Part shown: positions 1 to 7,832 of the stretch, piece after piece | Position numbering within the stretch: position 1 is the first letter of the stretch | How the letters are laid out: each line of letters begins with the position of its first letter | Source: a virus | Lineage: Duplodnaviria > Caudoviricetes | IMG/VR virus record: IMGVR_UViG_3300037195_002099 | Location: 1-36,372 of that record | DNA length: 36,372 nucleotides | Strand: one strand, 5' to 3' | The notes under the pieces: model-generated | What the model saw: only the letters and a program-made list of their open reading frames with translations | What the model was told of the DNA's origin: nothing | Databases searched by the model: none | Translations under genes and position numbers: made by a program

Positions 1-222
1 TCACCTCATCTGTAACACCTTCGGCTGCCACTTCGGTTTTGGATTTTCGATTTTACGCCCGGTCAGGACTTCAGCAACTACCATCGGCTTGCCCCTGGCG
101 CTTGGATAAAACGGCACTCCTATTTTGCGCAAGTGTTCGCATTGCAATTGCTCTCGTGTTTTGCCGCCTTTGCCGGTTCGGATTTCGGTAAAGTCGGCCA
201 ACTGTTCATCTGTAAGGAACAT
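1..222 (-). CDS. DUF4224-like small protein (excisionase-like, usually next to an integrase)
   Basis: MFLTDEQLADFT...LQCEHLRKIGVPFYPSARGKPMV pattern; GGAGG RBS before ATG at 222; last gene of the left operon. Confidence 0.7.
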   Translation of the reverse strand: MFLTDEQLADFTEIRTGKGGKTREQLQCEHLRKIGVPFYPSARGKPMVVAEVLTGRKIENPKPKWQPKVLQMR

Positions 223-280
223 GTCTGCACCTCCAATTTCCACGCTTTCGCGGTTACTTTCAGTATTTCAGTGATTCGGG

Positions 281-823
281 TCATTTGGTTGGTGGGCTTG
301 TTCCATCCCAATACACTGCTTCATCTGGCCCGCTTGCCAAATCAAGCCCAACAAAGATTGGCCGCGTAACGGCGGTTTGCTGCGCATACTTGGCGAGTAG
401 GGTCCGACCAACCGCCAGCGCATCTTCGGGGCTCATTTCGATATACATATCATCTTCGCTGGTCTGCATTTGGTCTGAGAACACTTGTAAGATTTCATCG
501 TCACTCAGCATCTTCACCGGCTCGGCTGCGCTCCACTTGTCGCGTAGATCCGCGGCCAGTTCCGGGTGCGATTGCTCACATACGCCAGCGTAAGCAGATA
601 GTGCTGCCTGGGCGTATGGGTCGTGATCAATGTCAAGCACGAAATACCGGCAGCCGTGATGCTTTCCACCGGGATGATCGCTGCCGTCAGTGCGCCGCAC
701 ATCAAATTTACGGAACAGTCCTTGCCGCTCAGTGGGCTTGAATTCGTCGCTCTCAGGTAGATCGCACTTCACCGGCCCGGCTGGCTGTGTGGCAACGGGG
801 GGCAATTTAGTTTCCTGCTTCAT
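281..823 (-). CDS. Hypothetical phage early protein
   Basis: 180-aa ORF, ATGA overlap with upstream gene; GLFRKFDVRRTDGSD..GGKH..CRYFVLD segment resembles other phage accessory proteins. Confidence 0.7.
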   Translation of the reverse strand: MKQETKLPPVATQPAGPVKCDLPESDEFKPTERQGLFRKFDVRRTDGSDHPGGKHHGCRYFVLDIDHDPYAQAALSAYAGVCEQSHPELAADLRDKWSAAEPVKMLSDDEILQVFSDQMQTSEDDMYIEMSPEDALAVGRTLLAKYAQQTAVTRPIFVGLDLASGPDEAVYWDGTSPPTK

Positions 824-1119
824 TTCTGCTTCTCCTGTGTGGCGAATGGCACCACGTTTTTCAATTCTTTCTCGACGCCGCCAGCGTCAACGAATTTGCG
901 CCACATGATTGAGTGGCCTGGACAGTAGTGCACGTTAGGTGCGGCTTCGAATGCGTGTGAGTCACAAATCGGCATATCGCACGTTTTTCCGTTTCCGACG
1001 GGGTAGTCACAGAGATTCGTGCCAACGTCCATACATCCATGGTCTGCGCAATGAGGCCCTAGATCGCCGCAAAGGAAAAACCTATCTCCACTTTTTGTGA
1101 ATCCTGAGTAGCACGGCAT
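820..1119 (-). CDS. Cys/His-rich hypothetical protein (possible metal binding)
   Basis: AAGGAG RBS before ATG at 1119; many Cys/His residues (CADHGC, CD..CD..CDSH, HYCPGH). Confidence 0.65.
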   Translation of the reverse strand: MPCYSGFTKSGDRFFLCGDLGPHCADHGCMDVGTNLCDYPVGNGKTCDMPICDSHAFEAAPNVHYCPGHSIMWRKFVDAGGVEKELKNVVPFATQEKQK

Positions 1120-1121
1120 AA

Positions 1122-1265
1122 TCACTCCTTTGTTTTCATTGGCCACTTACGGCGCCACCATTTGCGAATGGGTATTGATAGTTCATTGCCGGCTAGATAT
1201 GCTGAGTACGCAATCAAGCAGAAAATAAAAATTAGAAAGCGGAAAGGCGCAGTTATATATCTCAT
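1122..1265 (-). CDS. Small membrane peptide (47 aa)
   Basis: MRYITAPFRFLIFIFCLIAYSAYLAG hydrophobic stretch; fills the gap between two operon genes. Confidence 0.4.
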   Translation of the reverse strand: MRYITAPFRFLIFIFCLIAYSAYLAGNELSIPIRKWWRRKWPMKTKE

Positions 1266-1269
1266 GGCT

Positions 1270-2178
1270 TTACAGTCCTTTTGGGAACTGACCCCAGGTG
1301 CGACCGTCGAGTAGACGGCCAGCGGCTTTCTTGCCGACACGAATGGCTTGCGTGTCGCCAGACGGGCCGATAATTGCCTGATTCTGGCTATCAGGCAGCC
1401 ACTGCCCCCATTGCTTGAACAGGAAAGGCACTCCAGCCTCTTCGCAATGGTCGCGCAGACTGCGGACCCAATCCGGATGCATCGGTCGCGCACCCGGGCC
1501 GCTTTCGCCGCCGACGATGACCCAGTCCAGCGCAGGACCATCGGAGCCGCCACACTTCGTCGCACGAAAGCCGGAAAGCGCGTTGTCACAGTATGCCCAG
1601 TCACTGTCCGGTGAGCTTCGCATAATCCGCGTCAGATCGACGGGCCCCAGCAAGGGTTCCATGGACAAGAACCGCACACGCGCCGGCACGGCCAGCAGCT
1701 TTGGAATGTCTCGGTTGGCCTCTTCCTGGTTGACGATGGTGGCGCCCAACCAGACGTTGCCGCGCGTTGCCCAGTCATGTGTCGGAAGCATGCGGAAGAC
1801 GTTACCGATTCGTTTGGTCAAAAGTAGCCAGTCCAGATTTGGCGTTAGTTCAATTAGGTCAAATAGGTCACGCCGCCATTTGGGATCAACTTCGTTGTCG
1901 AACACATCAGCTAGGCTGGCGCAGAACACACGCTGCCGGCGTCCGTGCTTGGCAAAGAATTCGAAATGCGCGGCATTCCATGCCAGCGGCTTGCGCCAGT
2001 TCGCTGCACTGGTACGGCGCCGTGGCGCGCCGGGACCCCAATTGACGGCTTGGCCGCCGGAGAAACGGGCGTTGCGCGTCTCGGCATAGCAGTGGTCACA
2101 CCCGGGCCCGACCTTCTGGCAACCTTCCCAGGGATTAAATGTGTGATCCGTCCATTCGATTTTTGAGTTTTCGCTCAT
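1270..2178 (-). CDS. Phage Gp37/Gp68 family (DUF5131, radical-SAM-like) protein
   Basis: SKIEWTDHTFNPWEGCQKVGPGCDHCYA, VFCASLADVFD, LLLTKR, FLSMEPLLG, WVIVGGESG, FLFKQWG motifs. Confidence 0.92.
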   Translation of the reverse strand: MSENSKIEWTDHTFNPWEGCQKVGPGCDHCYAETRNARFSGGQAVNWGPGAPRRRTSAANWRKPLAWNAAHFEFFAKHGRRQRVFCASLADVFDNEVDPKWRRDLFDLIELTPNLDWLLLTKRIGNVFRMLPTHDWATRGNVWLGATIVNQEEANRDIPKLLAVPARVRFLSMEPLLGPVDLTRIMRSSPDSDWAYCDNALSGFRATKCGGSDGPALDWVIVGGESGPGARPMHPDWVRSLRDHCEEAGVPFLFKQWGQWLPDSQNQAIIGPSGDTQAIRVGKKAAGRLLDGRTWGQFPKGL

Positions 2179-2468
2179 GACCGACCCCCAAACAAACGAC
2201 TGCTCGGCCCCTGCGGGCTCTGCTTGTCGCCACGCAGTTTCGCTATCAGCGCTTCGCAGTATTGATTGTGGGCGGCGAGTTTTTGGTATTCAGCAAACAG
2301 TACGTACTTGCCTTCGGGGTGCTCGATCATGCAGGGCACAACTTCGTGCCAGTAATGCTTGCTGCCAAGTGTGTAACGTTTCGGGTAGTTATTGACCGTT
2401 TGCCCGTAACCCGGCGTCGAATCACAATGTTTATCTGTTGTCATGGTTTTATCCAATGGGTTATTCAC
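2175..2468 (-). CDS. Hypothetical protein
   Basis: ORF in operon with ATGA overlap to next gene; start uncertain (may be a downstream ATG). Confidence 0.55.
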   Translation of the reverse strand: MNNPLDKTMTTDKHCDSTPGYGQTVNNYPKRYTLGSKHYWHEVVPCMIEHPEGKYVLFAEYQKLAAHNQYCEALIAKLRGDKQSPQGPSSRLFGGRS

Positions 2469-2489
2469 AGTTTGTGTGGATAAGTCGCC

Positions 2490-2738
2490 TTACTTCAGCC
2501 GGTGCACGCGCCGGCCAATGACGCCTGGAGGTAAGTTGTCGTTGCCGATGGCCTCGAGGAATGGCGTTTCGCCACCGTTATTGGCCCGGATGTAATCGAC
2601 CTCCACCTTGGCGCTGTTGATAATCACCTGGCTCATTTCACTGACGGCCTTAGCTTGCTCGACGCTCAGCTCACCTTTCTTAAGTAAGTCCAACGCGTCG
2701 AATAGGCCCTCACGTAGATCGTTGATGTTTCTGGACAC
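2490..2738 (-). CDS. Hypothetical phage protein, commonly found downstream of HNH genes
   Basis: INDLREGLFDALDLL...AKAVSEMSQVIINSAKVEVDY pattern; GGAG RBS. Confidence 0.75.
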   Translation of the reverse strand: MSRNINDLREGLFDALDLLKKGELSVEQAKAVSEMSQVIINSAKVEVDYIRANNGGETPFLEAIGNDNLPPGVIGRRVHRLK

Positions 2739-3429
2739 GATTGATTCTCCTGTTCAAGGCCCCGCGCAATTGGATCGCATGCGCAATTTCTTTCGGATAG
2801 TTGTGTAAAGTGTTGCGTTTCATGTTTTCGGCCCTGGTGATGCACTCCAGCTTATCTACCGTGATTTCTGGCTCTTCTGTTGTGTGCATCCCTGGCTTAA
2901 AGCAAACGATGTGTTTGGGCGGTACCGGCCCGTTTGCTTGTTCCCATACCAAACGAGCCACTGGCACCCAACGCTTGGCCGGGTAAAGATTGGGGTTATC
3001 TGTTACTTTTTTTTCAAGAATGCCGTCACGCGAAACTCTCGTCGAACCAATTGGGACGTAATTGTGTTGCGCGGCGCCATGCATCTGGCCTTTTTTGAAC
3101 TGCGTTCTTTTGGTGTTTGGGTGGTGGCCACTTATTCCAGGCTTGCCTTTATTCCACGGTGTGTGGCCGACCTTGAATTGAGTGTCCTTCCCTACCTGAT
3201 CGCCTTGGCGCAATCGGCTGGCATGGGGGCTGGCCAAATACTCTTTGGTTTTTCTGATTCCAAGGCGATTCGCCTGGCGATAGATTTGCTGTGTAGTTCT
3301 GCCGAGTTCTTTGGCGATGATTTTGGTTGGGGTGTCGGGGTAGTATTTTTCAATTACCGCCAACTCGAGTTGCGTCCAACTTTCATTTCTAGCTTCGGCA
3401 GATGGGCTTTCTTTTATTTGGCCTAGCAT
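2710..3429 (-). CDS. HNH-endonuclease-signature phage protein
   Basis: TQFKKG repeats and RLVWEQANGPVP..HIVCFK...LECITRAENMKRN (degenerate HNH); N-terminal HTH-like region. Confidence 0.75.
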   Translation of the reverse strand: MLGQIKESPSAEARNESWTQLELAVIEKYYPDTPTKIIAKELGRTTQQIYRQANRLGIRKTKEYLASPHASRLRQGDQVGKDTQFKVGHTPWNKGKPGISGHHPNTKRTQFKKGQMHGAAQHNYVPIGSTRVSRDGILEKKVTDNPNLYPAKRWVPVARLVWEQANGPVPPKHIVCFKPGMHTTEEPEITVDKLECITRAENMKRNTLHNYPKEIAHAIQLRGALNRRINRVQKHQRST

Positions 3430-3866
3430 CGTTGATCCTCCAGCAACTCTTTAATCTGCACCTGCCTCAAAATGTCATTGACATCATCGGGATTGCTCCT
3501 GGCCAGGGCGCCCTGCAGGCGGGGTATGTCACGCTGGAGTTTGGCCAACAAGGTTGCCGACACCGGTATCGCGTACTCGATCCCTTTGTGAAACTCTTTC
3601 AGCGCTTCCAACGGCAGGCTCACCTGGTGGCGCAGCTGGTACATTTCCAGGTGGTCGATAACGCCCTGCAGGGCTACGGCGGTGTCGTACCACTGACCGT
3701 CCTCCAGATCACGAAACATCGGCACGCCGCGTGCTGAACAATTCAGTGTGCCGTCTTTGGCGATCTGGTCCACGATGTCTTGAAGGGGGCTGAAGGCCCG
3801 ATAGGCTTTAACCAGCATCGGGATTTCTGCGCGTTTGGGGCAATAGTGTTTGCTTCGCTTTCTCAT
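3423..3866 (-). CDS. Hypothetical phage protein
   Basis: 147-aa ORF overlapping neighbours in the left operon. Confidence 0.7.
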   Translation of the reverse strand: MRKRSKHYCPKRAEIPMLVKAYRAFSPLQDIVDQIAKDGTLNCSARGVPMFRDLEDGQWYDTAVALQGVIDHLEMYQLRHQVSLPLEALKEFHKGIEYAIPVSATLLAKLQRDIPRLQGALARSNPDDVNDILRQVQIKELLEDQRC

Positions 3867-4537
3867 GCCTCACCTCGGGTGGAGAAAGTTTCTAACAGGG
3901 TGGCCTCAATCTCTCTGGCCAAGTCGCCAAGTGATCCGGTGTTATCGATCACAGCGTCAGGCCAAATGGCTGCGACTTCCGTTTCCGATTGGTGGTCAAC
4001 ATGTTTTGCTTCGGCGGCCGGTCTGCGGATCCGCCAGATCGACCCGCCTAGCGATTGAATGAACTGCGCCTCGTTCAGAAACCGCACGTCAGTAATCACG
4101 ATGCGTCTGATGCCATCCAAAGCCATGCAATCTATCCAATGCCGCATCAGGTCCGTCCAGTACTGCTCGTTTTGGTGTCGTCGGTATTCGGTTCCCCACC
4201 AACGCATGATTTCCCTGGGGGATCTGGCTTCGGCCAGGTCAACACCCAGTTCCGTCATCCGTTGAATGAACCCTGAGTCGGCGCAACGATTAATGGCCAG
4301 GGCTGGGGCGCGGCGCTCTTTCTGCTCAACTGAAAAGAGCGCACCGTCGATCCGGAAAGCTGAAATGATTTCGCGGCGCAGGGGGGCAGCAAAGGCAGTG
4401 GTGGCGAAATCATGTTGAGAAAACATGATGTCGGCACACGTGTCCTTGCCGGCGCCGGCGCGACCGGCCAGGCCAATTAAGTGAAGTGAGCTGTGCCTAT
4501 TCATTGGTGCACACGCCAGTACAGGATTAGTGGCCAT
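3863..4537 (-). CDS. Phage deoxynucleotide monophosphate kinase-like P-loop protein
   Basis: LIGLAGRAGAGKDT Walker A, FAAPLR, SPREIMRWWGTE, VITDVRFLNEA, HQSE motifs. Confidence 0.85.
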   Translation of the reverse strand: MATNPVLACAPMNRHSSLHLIGLAGRAGAGKDTCADIMFSQHDFATTAFAAPLRREIISAFRIDGALFSVEQKERRAPALAINRCADSGFIQRMTELGVDLAEARSPREIMRWWGTEYRRHQNEQYWTDLMRHWIDCMALDGIRRIVITDVRFLNEAQFIQSLGGSIWRIRRPAAEAKHVDHQSETEVAAIWPDAVIDNTGSLGDLAREIEATLLETFSTRGEA

Positions 4538-4547
4538 AATTTCCTCT

Positions 4548-5747
4548 TCAATGTTTCCGGTAGGTTTTGGTTAAGTCGCCTTTGACGGTGTGACCTCTTC
4601 GGCGCAGTTGATTTGAAAAGCGGGCGCGGTCATGGTGGCTGTGCGATGCTTGTCGCAATAAGCCGTAATAGCTGTTGGCCGATTCATATAGGTTCTTTGA
4701 GTCCATTGACCTGACCCGGTCCATGGCGAGATTGAACGTGCGCCGGCGTAACGTGCGGTGCCATGGCCTGATCACCTGACCAACAAAATCAACACCACGA
4801 TCGAGCGGTTGGAGAATCGTTTTCTTTGGGTTTAAGCTGGCATTGAGCTCGTTTTGCAGCACTGTTTCGATCTGATGCCGTGCTTGGTTTAGCCATTGCG
4901 GCGACTCGTGCAGTAATACGAAATCATCCACATAGCGGATGTAGTGCCGGCACTTTAGGCTGTGCTTTACGAACTGATCCAGGACGTTCAGATATACGTT
5001 TGCAAAGAACTGGCTGGAAAGGTTGCCAATGGGCAGGCCTAAATAAGAGGGCTGATTGCACAGGCGTTTATGCGGCGGTACCAGCTTTAGCAGCGCTGGG
5101 TTGCCACGCAACTCGTAGTTCTCACGGGGGTCATGAAACAAGATGGTGTCTGCCAACTGGAGCCACCACGGTTCATGAATATGCCTGGCCAACAGATTGC
5201 GCACGATCCGCTTATCGATGCTCACAAAGAAGTTTGCCAGATCGCACTTCATATAGTGCGCAGGCCGGCTCCAGTTTTGAGTGATGCTCCTTGCTTTGGA
5301 TTCAAGCCGTGTGGCTGCGTAGGCAGTGCCTCGGCCTGGAATGCACGCGCAGGAGTCTGCGATAAAACGAGCCGTGAACCGTGGGGAAATTTTGTTGTGC
5401 AGTAAGTGATGAACCACGCGGTCACGGAAAGTCGCGGCCCACACTTCTCGTGGTTTAGGGTGGGTGATGATGAAGCAAACCGATTTTCCAGGCCGGTAGT
5501 GCCCGTTTACGAGCTCGTCGTGAAGTTCACGCAGGTTGTCTTCAAGTTTCTCTTCAAAAGCAAGAGCGCTGGCACTATTGCGTTTTCGTTCACGGCAGTC
5601 GAAGTATGCGTCTATCAGTTCGCCAAACGTAAAGTCAGCAGGTGCGCTCCAATCTGCGGACGGCACGGGCGCGAAGCTCGACACCCTTGTGGTTGTTGTT
5701 CTGATTGCCGTTGTTGAAGTTCTGATTCCAGGCATAGCTGGACTCAT
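4548..5747 (-). CDS. DGR reverse transcriptase
   Basis: KPREVWAATFRDRVVHH, KCDLANFF, GLPIGNLSSQFFANVYL (DGR-type IGxxxSQ), YIRYVDD, GVDFVG; frame open to 5957, nearest ATGs at 5747/5735, start uncertain. Confidence 0.96.
   Translation of the reverse strand: MSPAMPGIRTSTTAIRTTTTRVSSFAPVPSADWSAPADFTFGELIDAYFDCRERKRNSASALAFEEKLEDNLRELHDELVNGHYRPGKSVCFIITHPKPREVWAATFRDRVVHHLLHNKISPRFTARFIADSCACIPGRGTAYAATRLESKARSITQNWSRPAHYMKCDLANFFVSIDKRIVRNLLARHIHEPWWLQLADTILFHDPRENYELRGNPALLKLVPPHKRLCNQPSYLGLPIGNLSSQFFANVYLNVLDQFVKHSLKCRHYIRYVDDFVLLHESPQWLNQARHQIETVLQNELNASLNPKKTILQPLDRGVDFVGQVIRPWHRTLRRRTFNLAMDRVRSMDSKNLYESANSYYGLLRQASHSHHDRARFSNQLRRRGHTVKGDLTKTYRKH
5650..5745 (-). repeat. DGR template repeat (TR)
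   Basis: GAG TCC AGC TAT GCC TGG AAT CAG AAC TTC AAC AAC GGC AAT CAG AAC AAC AAC CAC AAG...GTC CGC AGA TT; 8 AAY codons; aligns without gaps to both VRs. Confidence 0.97.
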
Positions 5748-5883
5748 CGTGCTATCTACGTCGCCCGGTCGATTATTCAACGGGGAAACTGCGCAGGACC
5801 TGGCCGGCAAGGTGACGGAGGTTTCCTTTGTGCGCATGTCGGTGCCTTTGTGGGGCAGCGGCACGACCAGATTGAATTTCCGC

Positions 5884-6258
5884 TCAGTCATGACGGCCTT
5901 GACCTCCATGAATCGGGCGGGTTGCGGCGCGGCGCCATCCATTGGCCTGCTTGCCAATACTCGTTGTTAATTCGACCGCCTTTGCGTAGCTCGGGCGGGA
6001 GATAACACGCTTGTCGTGGCCGAGCCGTAGCATCAGGTTGATTACCTGGACTCGCTCCAACAGTTCAATAAGGTGCGGTTCTTTGTCTTGTGCGACATTG
6101 GCCCGAAACACCAGGACAACAATTTCAATGCACTCGTTGGAAATCTTCTCTCCAATCGAGCGTTTGAAATTACGGTCCATGTGCTTAACGAGCTCGGTGA
6201 CAACATCGAGCAAGTTGTAAGCGACCTTGTAAATGGGCAGGTTGGTGTGGATGGCCAT
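5884..6258 (-). CDS. avd: DGR accessory variability determinant (Avd-like four-helix-bundle protein)
   Basis: 124 aa, LPIYKVAYNLL...FKRSIGEKI...IGKQANGW pattern; lies between the targets and TR/RT. Confidence 0.9.
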   Translation of the reverse strand: MAIHTNLPIYKVAYNLLDVVTELVKHMDRNFKRSIGEKISNECIEIVVLVFRANVAQDKEPHLIELLERVQVINLMLRLGHDKRVISRPSYAKAVELTTSIGKQANGWRRAATRPIHGGQGRHD

Positions 6259-6276
6259 GCTGGTTAAATGACTGAA

Positions 6277-6744
6277 TTAATCAATAATTAATCTGCGGAC
6301 GGCACGGGCGCGAAGCTCGACACCCTTGTGGTGGTAGTTCTGAATGCCGTAGTAGAAGTACTGAAACCAGGCATAGCTGGAATCGCTCTCGTGTTCCTGG
6401 TTCGACCAGTACCAGGCGTTGGCGAATTCACCACGCAGGTTCGCAAACAAAAGGGCCTGTTCCTGACGTGAGGGCAGGTCGCCGCCATTTTTTGCCGCCC
6501 ATTTGCCCGCTTTGGCCCACGTGGCTTCTTCAATCTCGCCTGGCAGTAGGATCAAATGGTGCGAAGGCTGGCCTTCAGTGCCGAGTGCGATGCCGGCGTA
6601 ACGTTCGCCCGGGAAAAGCTTGATTGTTGTGGCCGGAACTTCGTAGTCGTTGGGCTGTAGCTGGTTTGCGTACGTGTTGATCAGGCCTGCCAAGCGCTCT
6701 TGCTCGGCTTTGATTGATTCAAGTGTGATGGCTGTCATGCTCAC
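6277..6744 (-). CDS. DGR target protein 1 (DUF1566/Lcl C-type-lectin-like fold)
   Basis: GDLPSRQEQALL, WYWS, AW.Q.F..G, RARAVRR motifs; 3' end is VR1. Confidence 0.93.
   Translation of the reverse strand: MSMTAITLESIKAEQERLAGLINTYANQLQPNDYEVPATTIKLFPGERYAGIALGTEGQPSHHLILLPGEIEEATWAKAGKWAAKNGGDLPSRQEQALLFANLRGEFANAWYWSNQEHESDSSYAWFQYFYYGIQNYHHKGVELRARAVRRLIID
6290..6381 (-). repeat. DGR variable repeat VR1
   Basis: 92 bp matching the TR with 8 mismatches, all at TR adenines (7 A>T, 1 A>C). Confidence 0.96.
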
Positions 6745-6761
6745 CTCAAATTGTTAAATGA

Positions 6762-7121
6762 TTAAATGGGCAATCTGCGGACGGCACGGGCGCGAAGCTC
6801 GACACCCTTGTGGCTGCCGTTCTGACTGCCGTAGATGAAGAACTGAATCCAGGCAGAGCTGGACTCGATTTCGTGCTCCTGGTTCGACCAATAGACGTCC
6901 TTTTGAAACTGATCCCTGCAGGTGTTCCAAAGCATGGCAAGCTCGATCTTGTTGGGCAGGTCGCCGCCGATGCTCTTGGCCCATTCAAGCTGCTCCGACC
7001 AGCTGGCGTCGTCGTTGTCGCCCGGTAGCAGAATGAGGTGGTACACGTCCCCGCGTTGATCGCCGATTGCGCCGATATAGGTTTCGCCTTCGGCAAGAGG
7101 GGGTATTTGTAGTTGCTGCAT
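6762..7121 (-). CDS. DGR target protein 2 (DUF1566/Lcl C-type-lectin-like fold)
   Basis: Paralog of target 1 (HLILLPG, GGDLP, YWSNQEHE); 3' end is VR2. Confidence 0.93.
   Translation of the reverse strand: MQQLQIPPLAEGETYIGAIGDQRGDVYHLILLPGDNDDASWSEQLEWAKSIGGDLPNKIELAMLWNTCRDQFQKDVYWSNQEHEIESSSAWIQFFIYGSQNGSHKGVELRARAVRRLPI
6771..6866 (-). repeat. DGR variable repeat VR2
   Basis: 96 bp matching the TR with 10 mismatches, all at TR adenines (5 A>T, 4 A>G, 1 A>C). Confidence 0.96.
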
Positions 7122-7139
7122 GGATGCTCTCCTTTTGGT

Positions 7140-7346
7140 TTAGTCGATATCGCCGGCGGCGATTCGTTTCACGTCGATGCGTGGTTTTGGTGCGGGTTTT
7201 GCCCTTGCTTGTTCAAGTGCCAGAGCGGTATTCGATAAAGCGATTGCCAAACAAGGGATCTCCAGCGCCTGCTCAAATGAAAGTGTTTGAATGCGGGCAA
7301 GCTTGAAAGCCTTTAGCAGCTGGTCTCGGGTCGCTGTGGACTTCAT
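7140..7346 (-). CDS. Hypothetical protein (68 aa)
   Basis: ORF in left operon with AAGG RBS; C-terminal DVKRIAAGD. Confidence 0.65.
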   Translation of the reverse strand: MKSTATRDQLLKAFKLARIQTLSFEQALEIPCLAIALSNTALALEQARAKPAPKPRIDVKRIAAGDID

Positions 7347-7358
7347 GGCTTTACCTTT

Positions 7359-7586
7359 TCAGCCTGCTGCGATGTGCCTGGCTACCAAATAGGCACCCGA
7401 GACCGCGACCAAGAAAGCCCAGGCACCCACCCACGCGACTTTTGGGATGCATTCGCTTTGGTTAATTGGTCGTAGGCGGTACTTGTTTGACAGATACGGC
7501 CGCAGGTACTTCATCCAAACGCTATCCAATGTGGCCGCAAGGGCTATGGCGGTGGTAAGCAAGAGTAGGTATGCGGGGGTTGTCAT
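7359..7586 (-). CDS. Small two-TM membrane protein, first gene of the left operon
   Basis: Two hydrophobic stretches; directly downstream of the pL-like promoter. Confidence 0.6.
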   Translation of the reverse strand: MTTPAYLLLLTTAIALAATLDSVWMKYLRPYLSNKYRLRPINQSECIPKVAWVGAWAFLVAVSGAYLVARHIAAG

Positions 7587-7614
7587 GGTTTTGCCTAAGA
7601 GTGTTTATGCGCGA

Positions 7615-7658
7615 ATAGTAGCAATTCGCTACCTATCTTGTCAATAGCAAATTGCTAC
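7615..7658 (-). promoter_or_regulatory. pL-like promoter with two operator-like palindromes (OL)
   Basis: TTGACA (7644-7639), 18 nt, TACTAT (7620-7615); GTAGCAATTCGCTAC at 7618-7632 and ATAGCAAATTGCTAC at 7644-7658. Confidence 0.8.
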
Positions 7659-7748
7659 TTATTTTCTCGAGTAGTGAAAACCCTAGGCAAAGTTCTTGGG
7701 GAAGCTTCTATTCAAGTGGGAACTAGATATTTGTGGATATCAGACATT

Positions 7749-7772
7749 AAAAACCCCTCGCTCTGAGGGGTT
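7749..7772 (-). terminator. Rho-independent terminator ending the cI-moron transcript
   Basis: ACCCCTC-AGAGC-GAGGGGT hairpin followed by a T run on the minus strand. Confidence 0.7.
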
Positions 7773-7832
7773 GGTGTTGCAAAAGGCTTTCGATTTTATG
7801 GAAGTCGAATGTAAGCTTTGAGCTATATACGC

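Larger units (their letters stand above)
4548..7121 (-). mobile_element. Diversity-generating retroelement (target2-target1-avd-TR-RT)
   Basis: DGR-type RT, Avd-like gene, TR and two VRs that differ from the TR only at adenines. Confidence 0.97.

Noticed and set aside
4548-5957. RT as a group II intron, retron or Abi RT
   Set aside because: IGxxxSQ motif, Avd neighbour and adenine-specific TR/VR pairs identify a DGR; no maturase or endonuclease domain is visible
6288-7096. Alternate-frame ORFs ending ..RVSSFAPVPSAD that resemble the RT N-terminus
   Set aside because: A by-product of TR/VR identity read in the shifted frame, not separate genes
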